Positions 9,025-17,475 of a DNA stretch of 64,000 nt are shown piece after piece. The stretch comes from Patescibacteria group bacterium (GTDB taxonomy: Bacteria; Patescibacteriota; Minisyncoccia; UBA6257; 1-14-0-10-40-38). The DNA lies in the NCBI GenBank assembly GCA_038064975.1, contig JBBTRX010000007.1, positions 59,026 to 123,025 of the forward strand, given 5' to 3'. A program made the translations under genes and the position numbers. A model generated the notes under the pieces. The model made no database searches, had not been told where the DNA came from, and saw nothing but the letters and a program-made list of their open reading frames with translations. Position 1 is the stretch's first letter. Each line of letters starts with the position of its first letter.

Positions 9025-9768
9025 ATGCTATCATTTATCATCGCAATATTCACACTTTTAGGTACAATATTTCCCACTCCAGTTCCCGCACAAAGTATCC
9101 CCGTTCCTGCAACTCAAACTATAACAACTTCGTCTACTTCTACTCCGACTATCCCCGTCTCTCCATCTCAAAAAATATCAGCTTCCTCCACGACTCCTCC
9201 CGTTTCAACCACACCACAGCCCATTCCAGTAAAAAAGATTACATCGGGAACGCCCTCTACGAGCACTGTTCCTCATGTGCCATTTTATTCCCAATTTAAA
9301 GACATTACTTCCGTAGAATGGAAAAAAGTTGGATGCGGTATTGCGAGCTTAGCGATGGTATTGGATTACTATAAGCCCGCAGTTTCCGTAAATACCCTAC
9401 TCCAACAAGGCATTGATTCAGGAGCATATTTGAAAAATGCCGGCTGGACCTACAAAGGCTTGATTGGCGTAGCAAAAAGACACGGTTTAGATGGCACAAG
9501 TTATGACCTTGGGAAATCAGGCAAAGCGATAGCGTTTGAACAATTCAAAAAACAACTCGCGAATGGTCCCGTTATCGCATCGGTACATTATAAGTTTGAT
9601 CCGCAGAGTACCATTCCCCACCTCGTGGTTATTAATGGTATGAGTGGTGACTCGGTCTACTACAATGATCCGGCTGCAAACGGCGGGGAAAAGATAATTT
9701 CTTCCGATACATTCCTCAAAGCTTGGAAAAAAAGATTTATCGTTATACGGCCGGTAGATAAGGTTTAG
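9025..9768 (+). CDS. Secreted peptidase C39-like (C39_2) domain protein
   Basis: Signal peptide, Ser/Thr/Pro-rich linker, then VGCGIASLAMVLDYY (Cys) ... HLVVINGM (His) ... YYNDP. Confidence 0.6.
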   Translation: MLSFIIAIFTLLGTIFPTPVPAQSIPVPATQTITTSSTSTPTIPVSPSQKISASSTTPPVSTTPQPIPVKKITSGTPSTSTVPHVPFYSQFKDITSVEWKKVGCGIASLAMVLDYYKPAVSVNTLLQQGIDSGAYLKNAGWTYKGLIGVAKRHGLDGTSYDLGKSGKAIAFEQFKKQLANGPVIASVHYKFDPQSTIPHLVVINGMSGDSVYYNDPAANGGEKIISSDTFLKAWKKRFIVIRPVDKV

Positions 9769-9818
9769 TGATTAATCTTCATTAATACTTTAGATACCAA
9801 CATGCTAGTATTTTAGTA

Positions 9819-10679
9819 ATGAAGAACAGTATTGGATTAGCTATATTTTCTGCACTTATCTTTTTTTCTTATACCACCGTATCAGCAATTGATTCGGCTT
9901 CTATTATTATTTCTCCCGTGACGGTTATCCAGGGAGAGCCGATACTGATAGCTGTTTCAAATGCAGATGCGTCTGAAGTACAGAAGATTTCGTTTGATAC
10001 TGTTTCGCTCGGCATTTTTACGTATCAGAATAAGCCCACTGCAATCGTGGGAATAGATCTTTATAAAAAGCCAGGGACGTATCCCGTTTTAGTTACGTTA
10101 GCCGATGGCCAGATTCTTGAAACGAAAGTTATTGTAGGTACACGAGAAAAGATAGAAGCGCCACTTGGCATTCCAGAAAAGCTCGGCGGAAATACTCCTG
10201 CAAGCCAGACTAAGCTCGTCACTTCCCTTGCCGCGGAAAACAAAAGTTTGGTAAAGCTCCGCACCGGAACAAAATCATTTTGGAAGGAAGCGTTCAGATT
10301 TCCACTCAAAGAAATCACGATTACGGACGACTATGGCTACTCCAGAACAACCGGAGCATATTCCATAGCTCACAAAGGCACTGATTTTCGCGCGAAGGAA
10401 GGCACAGCAATCAAGGCTATTAATCGTGGCGTGGTCCGCGTCGCGAAAGAATATCGGAACTACGGCAAGACGGTCGTCGTAGATCATGGACTAGGCCTAA
10501 CTTCCCTCTACATGCATCTTTCTAAAATCAAAGTAAACGTTGGCGAGCTTGTTTTGCCTGGACAAGTTATTGGTCTCAGCGGAAAGACGGGCTATGCCAC
10601 GAGTCCACATCTCCACCTTAGCGTGCGCCTCAACGATATTTCCATTGACCCGCTAAAGTTTTTTGAGCTTTTTAAATAA
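9819..10679 (+). CDS. M23 (LytM-type) peptidoglycan endopeptidase
   Basis: HKGTDFRAKEGTAI ... DHGLGLTSLYMHL ... SPHLHLSV: HxxxD and HxH zinc-ligand blocks. N-terminal signal. Confidence 0.8.
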   Translation: MKNSIGLAIFSALIFFSYTTVSAIDSASIIISPVTVIQGEPILIAVSNADASEVQKISFDTVSLGIFTYQNKPTAIVGIDLYKKPGTYPVLVTLADGQILETKVIVGTREKIEAPLGIPEKLGGNTPASQTKLVTSLAAENKSLVKLRTGTKSFWKEAFRFPLKEITITDDYGYSRTTGAYSIAHKGTDFRAKEGTAIKAINRGVVRVAKEYRNYGKTVVVDHGLGLTSLYMHLSKIKVNVGELVLPGQVIGLSGKTGYATSPHLHLSVRLNDISIDPLKFFELFK

Positions 10680-10823
10680 ATTTCGTATTTTTTTCTTCTT
10701 GCAGGAAACGCGGATACTTTTTTGACGAGCTTTTAAATGTTATCCACTTATTTTGAAATTATTTTTCTAGTACCCATGGTATTCTATTTTTAGTACTCAC
10801 CCAACGTACCGGAGGAGGTATGT

Positions 10824-11099
10824 ATGGCACAACAAGAACCCCTTTCCGTTCCGAGAGAATTGGAACAGGCAATAGAGCAATTGAAATGCCATTCACATAT
10901 TTCCGAAGTTGTTCGCGGGGTCTCTGTAAACTGTCTTCATCATCATAGGTCAGGTACCGTAGTATTTGAAAGAGAAAATCCCTACGGAATACGCGCGAGC
11001 GCGTACACAGAAAACAGAGTCTTGACGCTCTATCTGCACGTAGAACACTCGCATCGAGAAGAGATCAAACGATTCCTTTCGACGCTTACGCACGGATAG
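10824..11099 (+). CDS. Hypothetical His/Cys-rich protein in a GC-rich islet
   Basis: SD GGAGGAGG 5 nt upstream. CHSH/CLHHH/HVEHSH clusters. Followed by a terminator. Confidence 0.45.
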   Translation: MAQQEPLSVPRELEQAIEQLKCHSHISEVVRGVSVNCLHHHRSGTVVFERENPYGIRASAYTENRVLTLYLHVEHSHREEIKRFLSTLTHG

Positions 11100-11106
11100 C
11101 TGTGAG

Positions 11107-11140
11107 CCGCCACGCCCTTCGGGACGGAGGCGGTTTTTTA
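11107..11140 (+). terminator. Rho-independent terminator
   Basis: GCCGCCACGCCCTTCGGGACGGAGGCGG followed by TTTTTTA. Confidence 0.6.
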
Positions 11141-11151
11141 TTGTAGAAATA

Positions 11152-11179
11152 TTGACAATCCATAGTATTCTGCTATAAT
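11152..11179 (+). promoter_or_regulatory. Consensus sigma70-type promoter
   Basis: TTGACA (11152-11157), 16-nt spacer, TATAAT (11174-11179), about 50 nt upstream of the GTG start at 11230. Confidence 0.55.
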
Positions 11180-11229
11180 TTGCAACGGATCATTTTTACC
11201 CCCCAATACTTCAACGAGGAGAACTACAG

Positions 11230-11577
11230 GTGCAAAATCTCGGCGAACTACTCAAGGAAGCCGGCGTTCCAGGAGCCAGAGCAAAAACTGCGAAACCCCT
11301 GGAAAACGTACCTAAAGTGACTAGTCAAGAACTCGCGCAGATGACTGGCGGGAACTTTAATCTCGTGAGTGCGTCTGCGAGTCTTTTCCTGTCCTTTCCT
11401 GTGGACACTCGGGGCCGGTACATAGGTGCCTTTTGCCGAAACACGCCGGACGGGAAAAAGGGCCATGAGTTGTGGCTTGAATTCGAAACTCGCCAGCGTC
11501 GCAGTCCAGTGAAGCCCTATGTCTTCACGAATTTCGGGAGAGAAGTCCTCGCCGACGCAGGCTATCCGGTGGAGTGA
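11230..11577 (+). CDS. Hypothetical protein (GTG start) in a GC-rich islet
   Basis: GAGGAG SD 6 nt upstream of the GTG. Stop overlaps the next start (GTGA). Confidence 0.45.
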   Translation: MQNLGELLKEAGVPGARAKTAKPLENVPKVTSQELAQMTGGNFNLVSASASLFLSFPVDTRGRYIGAFCRNTPDGKKGHELWLEFETRQRRSPVKPYVFTNFGREVLADAGYPVE

Positions 11578-11789
11578 ATTCCTACAGAAAGGCAACCGTG
11601 CTACACAAGCGCACGACGGACTCGACTCAAGCAGCAGCTAACATCGCCGATCGTGAATACGATGTTGCGTGGAGAGATGCCGCATATCAAAAACAGGTAT
11701 ACGGTTTCACCTCCATCGACCCCGATGAAACATGGACGCACGTCTATCACGAAGTTCTGCAAGAACTCGTGGGATACTGCCCTTCCTGA
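11574..11789 (+). CDS. Hypothetical protein, translationally coupled to the upstream ORF
   Basis: GTGA start/stop overlap. Followed by a strong terminator. Confidence 0.4.
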   Translation: MNSYRKATVLHKRTTDSTQAAANIADREYDVAWRDAAYQKQVYGFTSIDPDETWTHVYHEVLQELVGYCPS

Positions 11790-11796
11790 TTCCCTT

Positions 11797-11840
11797 GCGC
11801 CGCCAATCCCTTACCGGATAGGCGGCGCTTCTTTTTTATT
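11797..11840 (+). terminator. Rho-independent terminator
   Basis: GCGCCGCC...GGCGGCGC followed by TTCTTTTTTATTTT. Confidence 0.6.
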
Positions 11841-11933
11841 TTCTAATGTAAATTAAATGTCCATCGCACTTTACTAAGTCACGATGTCTTCGTCGCTCCT
11901 CGCTCCTTGAGAAGTGCGTGGTACACTAGATTT

Positions 11934-12218
11934 ATGGACCAACTTATGAAAGCAGATATTTTCTTTTTTATATCTTCTATAGCAACTGTTGTGCTTACAG
12001 CGCTAGTTTCTATTCTTCTTTTCTATCTTATTAAAGCCGGAAAAAATCTTTCTGAACTTTCAGAGGTACTGAAAGGTAATATAAAAGAATCAAAAGAATT
12101 TATTCAAGATCTTAAGGAACGCTTAGAAGACAATATTGTATTTCGGCTCTTTTTTCCTTCACCACGGAAAAGAAAAGAAACTTCAGCGAAAAATCATAAA
12201 GGAAAGAGCAATACTTAA
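11934..12218 (+). CDS. Small membrane protein (hypothetical)
   Basis: One long hydrophobic helix then a charged coiled-coil-like tail. Start site uncertain (ORF opens at 11907). Confidence 0.4.
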   Translation: MDQLMKADIFFFISSIATVVLTALVSILLFYLIKAGKNLSELSEVLKGNIKESKEFIQDLKERLEDNIVFRLFFPSPRKRKETSAKNHKGKSNT

Positions 12219-12245
12219 CTATTACTCATAATTTTAAAAAAACCT

Positions 12246-12635
12246 ATGCCAAAGAAAACTACAGCAAACGGTGGTGGAAATGTAGCACTCATGGGAGCAA
12301 CGCTCGCGGGAATCGCGGCAACGGCTTATTTCTTCCTCGGGCCGAAGGGAAAGAAACACCAAAAACAAGCAAAGGCTTGGGCGATAAAGATGAAAGGCGA
12401 AGTTGTAGAAAAGCTGGAACGTGCTAGAGAAGTCAGCGAACCGATTTACCACCAAATCATTGATACGGTTGCAGCAAAGTATGGTGAAGAAAAGGATGCT
12501 AACCGTAATGAAATACGCGAATTAACAGAGGATTTAAAAAAACATTGGAAAACCTTAAGCGGCAAAGCGGGTGCCGTAAAGCACAAGGTAGTACGAGGCG
12601 CGAAGAAAGCTACGGCGAAAGTGACAAAAGAATAG
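12246..12635 (+). CDS. YtxH-like (DUF948) protein
   Basis: N-terminal MGATLAGIAATAYFFLGPKGKK followed by charged helices, typical of the YtxH family. Confidence 0.55.
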   Translation: MPKKTTANGGGNVALMGATLAGIAATAYFFLGPKGKKHQKQAKAWAIKMKGEVVEKLERAREVSEPIYHQIIDTVAAKYGEEKDANRNEIRELTEDLKKHWKTLSGKAGAVKHKVVRGAKKATAKVTKE

Positions 12636-13438
12636 GCGTGGAATCGCAATAGAAAAATGCCATCGTATGATGGCATTTTTCTTGCAAGAATCTAGTACAA
12701 CGCTCCGCCACTCTAGTTTTGGCTGCCGCTGTTGCTTCCGCTATTACTGCCGTCGTTGCTTCCGCCTGGCAAGTTCAGATCCACGTTAATATCGTTTGTC
12801 CCGTCATTGGGGGTCGTATCCGCGCGAACCGCAAACCACCAAACTCCGAATCCTACGAGAAGAAGGAGTACGATTACTATAAGGATAGTATTGGTACTGG
12901 ACACATTGTTATTCTCTTCCATGGTAATGTAATGGTTTTTTAATAGATATCGACCACTAATTCAGATATCTGAACGTTTTTCCCTAGCTTTTATAATGCG
13001 CCTAGGCGCATTAAGATGCTGTGAATTTCAAATAATAAAGAATGGACAATGAATAATAAAAATTAGCTGAAGTTAATATTTTTTGTTATGCTTCATTATA
13101 AGTTAATCCTTTTTCTACGATCATAAATATTATGAAATCAAGCTTTACTCCTTCCATCTTGAGCGTCATCCCGTTAGAAATTTTGTCCCACTCGCCATAT
13201 ACTATATCTATGAATCACCATAAATATAAACCAGCCCTACGGGGACTATTTCTAACGAAATGAGCAAACACAATAAAGACCAGTTCAATAATCCTGTTTC
13301 AAAAAAAGATATTGAAATGAAAAATATGCATCGCACGGTAGCCGCACGTTTGAATCCTGACGCGCATAGCTTTAATTTGAAACCCGTACGCAAACCAAAA
13401 GCGAGCGGTAAAAAAGGAAATAGATAACTCCCACTTAA

Positions 13439-13470
13439 AAGACCGCAAGATTCACTCAGCGGTCTTTTTT
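13439..13470. terminator. Bidirectional hairpin terminator
   Basis: AAAAGACCGCAAGATTCACTCAGCGGTCTTTTTTG. Confidence 0.5.
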
Positions 13471-13489
13471 GTATAGCCAGTAGTAATAC

Positions 13490-13518
13490 TTGACATTATT
13501 ACTATTGTATGCTATTAT
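13490..13518 (+). promoter_or_regulatory. Sigma70-type promoter for the 13566 gene
   Basis: TTGACA, 17-nt spacer, TATTAT. AGGAGGTG SD before the GTG at 13566. Confidence 0.5.
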
Positions 13519-13565
13519 TAAAGAGTTAGAAACTCCCCAAAACAAGCCTAGAAAGGAGGTGCGGA

Positions 13566-14147
13566 GTGAGCACTTTAACAATCGCAGGTTGCATCATTGG
13601 CCTTTCGGTCTATGTGCCTCTCTGCATTCAAGTTCTCTCAGGCAGAGCAAAACTCAATTTTGCCACCTGGATACTGTTCGCGATCCTCGATGGCATCACT
13701 GCGGGTGCAATCTACTACGCAGGAGGTAGCTACTTTCTACCAGCAGCCTATACTCTCGGAAGCCTGGTAACGTCGGTATGCGTTCTGAAATCCAAGAATT
13801 TCTCGTGGACGCGGTTCGAGACGATGGTCACGTTTCTCGTAGTCACGTGTCTCGTTGTCTGGATCATCTCTGGTCCGACCGTTGCTACAGTAGCAGGGAC
13901 AACAGCAGTTGCGATCGCCTGCATTCCTCAGTTCATCGATACTTATCGAGAACCGTGGAAGAGTCCCCTTTTGAGCTGGAGCGGATTTATGATCGCGAAT
14001 GCTCTTGTTACTGCAGGCGGCGCGGAATGGTCCATTGAAGAGAGACTTTACCCAGCGGTCTGCACGTTGCTTACGACCGCAGTCGTCCTTCTCACTGTCC
14101 GGCGGTACTGGACGAAAGAGCCTTCCACTATGGAATCAAACATCTAG
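13566..14147 (+). CDS. PQ-loop repeat family membrane protein
   Basis: Six or seven TM helices. Two loop motifs (PLCIQVLSG and CIPQFIDTYR) resemble duplicated PQ-loop signatures. Confidence 0.45.
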   Translation: MSTLTIAGCIIGLSVYVPLCIQVLSGRAKLNFATWILFAILDGITAGAIYYAGGSYFLPAAYTLGSLVTSVCVLKSKNFSWTRFETMVTFLVVTCLVVWIISGPTVATVAGTTAVAIACIPQFIDTYREPWKSPLLSWSGFMIANALVTAGGAEWSIEERLYPAVCTLLTTAVVLLTVRRYWTKEPSTMESNI

Positions 14148-14169
14148 AGTTACTCGCTCTGTACACTGA

Positions 14170-14212
14170 ACGAGCAGGAGCCCACTACTTCGGTCGCGGG
14201 CTCCTTTCTTTT
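14170..14212 (+). terminator. Rho-independent terminator
   Basis: GGAGCCCACTACTTCGGTCGCGGGCTCC followed by TTTCTTTTTTAT. Confidence 0.6.
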
Positions 14213-14253
14213 TTATATATTATTTGACAGTTATCCTCCTAAGCAGTAATTTT

Positions 14254-14904
14254 ATGCCAGATCCTCTCATCTTTCTCCAGTCCTTAACTCAAGGAGTTTC
14301 CGTGGACGCCTATCGCAAAAACGCACTACTCTCCGTTTACGACAAAGAAGGCATCGTAGAATTCGCCTGGGGACTCATTGATTTGGGATGGAATCTGTTT
14401 AGTTCAGGTGGAACTGCCAAAGTTCTCCAAGAAGCCGGTCTCGCCGTCACTGACATCGGTACCATTGTAGGACCGCCTATTCTCGGTCACCGTGTTGTCA
14501 CGCTCTCACGAGAACTCCATGCCGGACTTCTCGCGCGGAACACGCCGGAAGACCTTGCTGAACTTCAGCGGATCGGCGCGCCATACTTTGACCTTGTTTG
14601 CGTGGACCTGTATCCGCTTCAAGCGGAAACGGAACGTGAAGGGGCAACCATGGAAAGCGTGATTGAGAAAACCGACATCGGCGGACCGACTCTTCTTCGT
14701 TCTGGCGCAAAAGGTCGGCGTCTCGTCATTTCAAATCGTGAATCGCGAGAACTTGTCCTTCGACACCTTCAGGAAGGTACCGGCGACGATCCCGACCTTC
14801 GCCATATGTTTGCAATGGAAGCCGAACGGTTGGTCTCACGTTACTGTGATATCTCAGTACGATTTCTCGACTCTCACTTCGAGACCCTTCCTTCGGTTTC
14901 CTGA
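14254..14904 (+). CDS. Stand-alone MGS-like domain protein resembling the IMP-cyclohydrolase half of PurH
   Basis: ALLSVYDKEGIVEFAWGLIDLGWNLFSSGGTAKVLQEAGL...DLVCVDLYP...IEKTDIGGPTLLRSGAKG parallels the PurH N-terminal domain. No AICAR-transformylase half follows. Confidence 0.55.
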   Translation: MPDPLIFLQSLTQGVSVDAYRKNALLSVYDKEGIVEFAWGLIDLGWNLFSSGGTAKVLQEAGLAVTDIGTIVGPPILGHRVVTLSRELHAGLLARNTPEDLAELQRIGAPYFDLVCVDLYPLQAETEREGATMESVIEKTDIGGPTLLRSGAKGRRLVISNRESRELVLRHLQEGTGDDPDLRHMFAMEAERLVSRYCDISVRFLDSHFETLPSVS

Positions 14905-14960
14905 AAGGAAACACGCTCCGCCCCCCCGCACGACCCCTCGGTCGTGCGGCTTTTTTATTC
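14905..14960 (+). terminator. Rho-independent terminator
   Basis: CCGCACGACCCCTCGGTCGTGCGG followed by CTTTTTTATT. Confidence 0.6.
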
Positions 14961-15075
14961 ATCTCATTATTTCTTCATTGTTTAAGAAATACTATGAGCT
15001 TAGCTCCCATTATCTCTTGGGTAGCCATATTCATTTACATACGACAACATTACAACCAACCTGAGGAGTGGCACC

Positions 15076-16032
15076 ATGACAAACGTAGTCTGCTTTGGCG
15101 GAGGCACCGGCCTCCCCGTCCTTCTTTCGGGACTGAAGAAAAATCGTGATCTTGAAATATCTGCGATTGTGACTATGTTTGACAACGGAGGAAGCTCTGG
15201 TGAGCTCCGAAACCAATTTGGCATTCTCCCACCAGGAGATATCCTAAAATGTCTTCTTATGCTCTCTGAAAATGCTAAAGAAGAATCAATCCGAGATTTG
15301 TTTTTGTACCGCATTGAAGACGGCGACCCCCCGAATCACACCCCAGGCAATATGATGCTCGTTGGTCTCCAACAGACCTACGGAATCATGAAAGCCGTAA
15401 AGATATTACAAAAGATCTTTCGGACGAAAGGAAATGTTTATCCTGTTGCGATAGGATCAAGCCACCTGTGTTGCGCATATACAGATGGGGATGTCGTGCA
15501 TGGAGAGACAGAAGTGGATGAAGGGATCCGTAAAGGAAAGACTCCTCAACGCCTCTACCTTATGCCAACAGTACAACATAACGAGGATATTCAAGAAGTT
15601 ATCGGCAGTGCAGATGCTTTTTGTGTCGGTCCGGGGAGTTTGTACACCAGTATTATCCCTAATTTTCTTCCTCATGGAGTGAAGAGGATGCTCATGGATT
15701 CTACGGCACCTATCATATTCGTGAGCAACCTACTCACGGAAGGTAAGGGTATGACGAGTAGCGCTCTCCATCATCAGATAGAGATCGCTGAACAATACAT
15801 CGGCCGCGAAGTGACGGCGATCATCGCAAATACCAAACTTCCTCACGAAATGTCTTCGGAGATTCTGGAAAAGTATGCCAAGGAAAAAAAGTACCCCATT
15901 CTCTGCAATGGAGAACATGATCCGAGGTACGTCAAACGTGCCCTATGGACAGAACCGACGCTCGCACGGCATGATTCCAAGCTCCTCTCTTGTGCCGTTC
16001 ACGACGCGCTCAACCAACTTTGTCCCGCATAA
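15076..16032 (+). CDS. YvcK/CofD-family (UPF0052) gluconeogenesis-factor-like protein
   Basis: VVCFGGGTGLPVLLSGLK ... MFDNGGSSGELR ... ILPPGD: family-defining motifs. Confidence 0.7.
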   Translation: MTNVVCFGGGTGLPVLLSGLKKNRDLEISAIVTMFDNGGSSGELRNQFGILPPGDILKCLLMLSENAKEESIRDLFLYRIEDGDPPNHTPGNMMLVGLQQTYGIMKAVKILQKIFRTKGNVYPVAIGSSHLCCAYTDGDVVHGETEVDEGIRKGKTPQRLYLMPTVQHNEDIQEVIGSADAFCVGPGSLYTSIIPNFLPHGVKRMLMDSTAPIIFVSNLLTEGKGMTSSALHHQIEIAEQYIGREVTAIIANTKLPHEMSSEILEKYAKEKKYPILCNGEHDPRYVKRALWTEPTLARHDSKLLSCAVHDALNQLCPA

Positions 16033-16043
16033 GGACAAATAAC

Positions 16044-16086
16044 GCCGCCAAGGATTTCTCTAGAAATCCGAGGCGGCTCTTTTTTT
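16044..16086. terminator. Bidirectional terminator between convergent genes
   Basis: GCCGCCAAGGATTTCTCTAGAAATCCGAGGCGGC flanked by A- and T-runs. Confidence 0.55.
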
Positions 16087-16101
16087 AAAAAAGGAACTTA
16101 C

Positions 16102-17475
16102 TTAACTAGTATATAAATCAAAAATAGCTTTAAGATCCGCGAGACTCGCGGGCTTTGTAAGGTGGTGATTAAACCCCGCCCGTTGGGCACGCATTTTATC
16201 TTCTTCCTGTCCAAAACCAGTAAGTGCAATAAGAACAACGTCCGAAAGCTGGGGATCTGTCCTTAATTTTGTCGCCACAGCATAGCCATCCAATTCCGGC
16301 ATTCTGATATCCAATAAGACAATGTTCGGCTTCTCACGAAAAACTGCAGTCAAGGCTTCACGCCCCGAATAGACCGCAGAAGCATTGAAGCCGGCGAACC
16401 CTAAGAGCTTTTTCATTGCGTCCGCCGCGTCTTTATTGTCGTCAACGATGAGAATATTTTGCGTCATTAAAATTTTTACCCCCCCTTCGGTACTATTGCC
16501 GTTCATCATAGTACGAACAGGAATGAGTGGCAATTTCACCGTGAATATACTCCCCTTTCCTAATCCCTCGCTCTTCGCTGAAACCGTGCCACCATGGAGC
16601 TCCACAAGTGAGCGTACGAGTGCAAGCCCAATTCCCAATCCTCCTTTGAAATGAGCTGAAGGAGTTTCTTCTTGAGTAAACAAATTAAATATTTGAGAGA
16701 TCATCTGCCTACTAATTCCCCTCCCGGTATCCTGAACTTCTATGATCGTTGATCCATTTTCTAAACGGACACGAAGCCAAATTGTTCCGCCTGATTCGGT
16801 ATATTTTATAGCATTAGAGAGTAGATTTACAATAATTTGCTCAAGCCGTAGAGAATCTGCTATAAGCACCACGGGCTGGTCCGGCAATGAAATCTCGAGC
16901 GTATGCCGGGCTTCTTCAAGAAGCGGATTTATGGAATTGACCGTGTGATCAATCAATTCTTGCAGGCGTATTTCACTTACGTTCAGTTGGAGCTTATTTG
17001 AACTAATACGCGCAACGTCAAGAAGTTCCTTTAAAAGGCGCGTAAGCACTCCGAATTGGTGCTCAATCATAGCGATACTTCCCTTGAGCTCCTCGTCTTC
17101 AATACCGCGAAGTTTTATGTATTCCAAAGAACTCGTAATCGGAGCCATGGGGTTACGAAGCTCATGAGAAAGGATGGCTAAAAATCTGTTTTTAGCCGTA
17201 ATTTCATCCTGCAGATCTTCAAGAATGTTGATAACTGCTTTTTGTGTTTCTGTGTTGCCACTGCGTTCAAGCTCCAGGTCTTCGAAAATATTCATCATCG
17301 CCTGCTGCAAATATTCCGCATCCATGCGTGCGCGCTTCCGCTGCATTCCTAATGATGCCATAAGGCGCATCGTATCCGGAGAAGTATTTGCAGTAAACAA
17401 ATCGGACTGTAATCGAGATATTGATTCAGCCAATCTTTGTTTCGCGGATTGTATTTTTTGTTCTTTAATTTTCAT
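16102..17475 (-). CDS. Hybrid sensor histidine kinase (coiled coil, HisKA, HATPase_c, C-terminal receiver)
   Basis: H-box SHELRNPMAPI. G-box GGLGIGLALV. Receiver ILIVDDNKDAADAM...DIRMPELDGY...LTGFG. Confidence 0.75.
   Translation of the reverse strand: MKIKEQKIQSAKQRLAESISRLQSDLFTANTSPDTMRLMASLGMQRKRARMDAEYLQQAMMNIFEDLELERSGNTETQKAVINILEDLQDEITAKNRFLAILSHELRNPMAPITSSLEYIKLRGIEDEELKGSIAMIEHQFGVLTRLLKELLDVARISSNKLQLNVSEIRLQELIDHTVNSINPLLEEARHTLEISLPDQPVVLIADSLRLEQIIVNLLSNAIKYTESGGTIWLRVRLENGSTIIEVQDTGRGISRQMISQIFNLFTQEETPSAHFKGGLGIGLALVRSLVELHGGTVSAKSEGLGKGSIFTVKLPLIPVRTMMNGNSTEGGVKILMTQNILIVDDNKDAADAMKKLLGFAGFNASAVYSGREALTAVFREKPNIVLLDIRMPELDGYAVATKLRTDPQLSDVVLIALTGFGQEEDKMRAQRAGFNHHLTKPASLADLKAIFDLYTS

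Noticed and set aside
13261-13428. 55-aa basic ORF (MSKHNKDQFNNPVSKKDIEMKNMHRT...) followed by the 13439 terminator
   Set aside because: No convincing SD or promoter and no motif. Could be real, but support is limited to the terminator. Not called.
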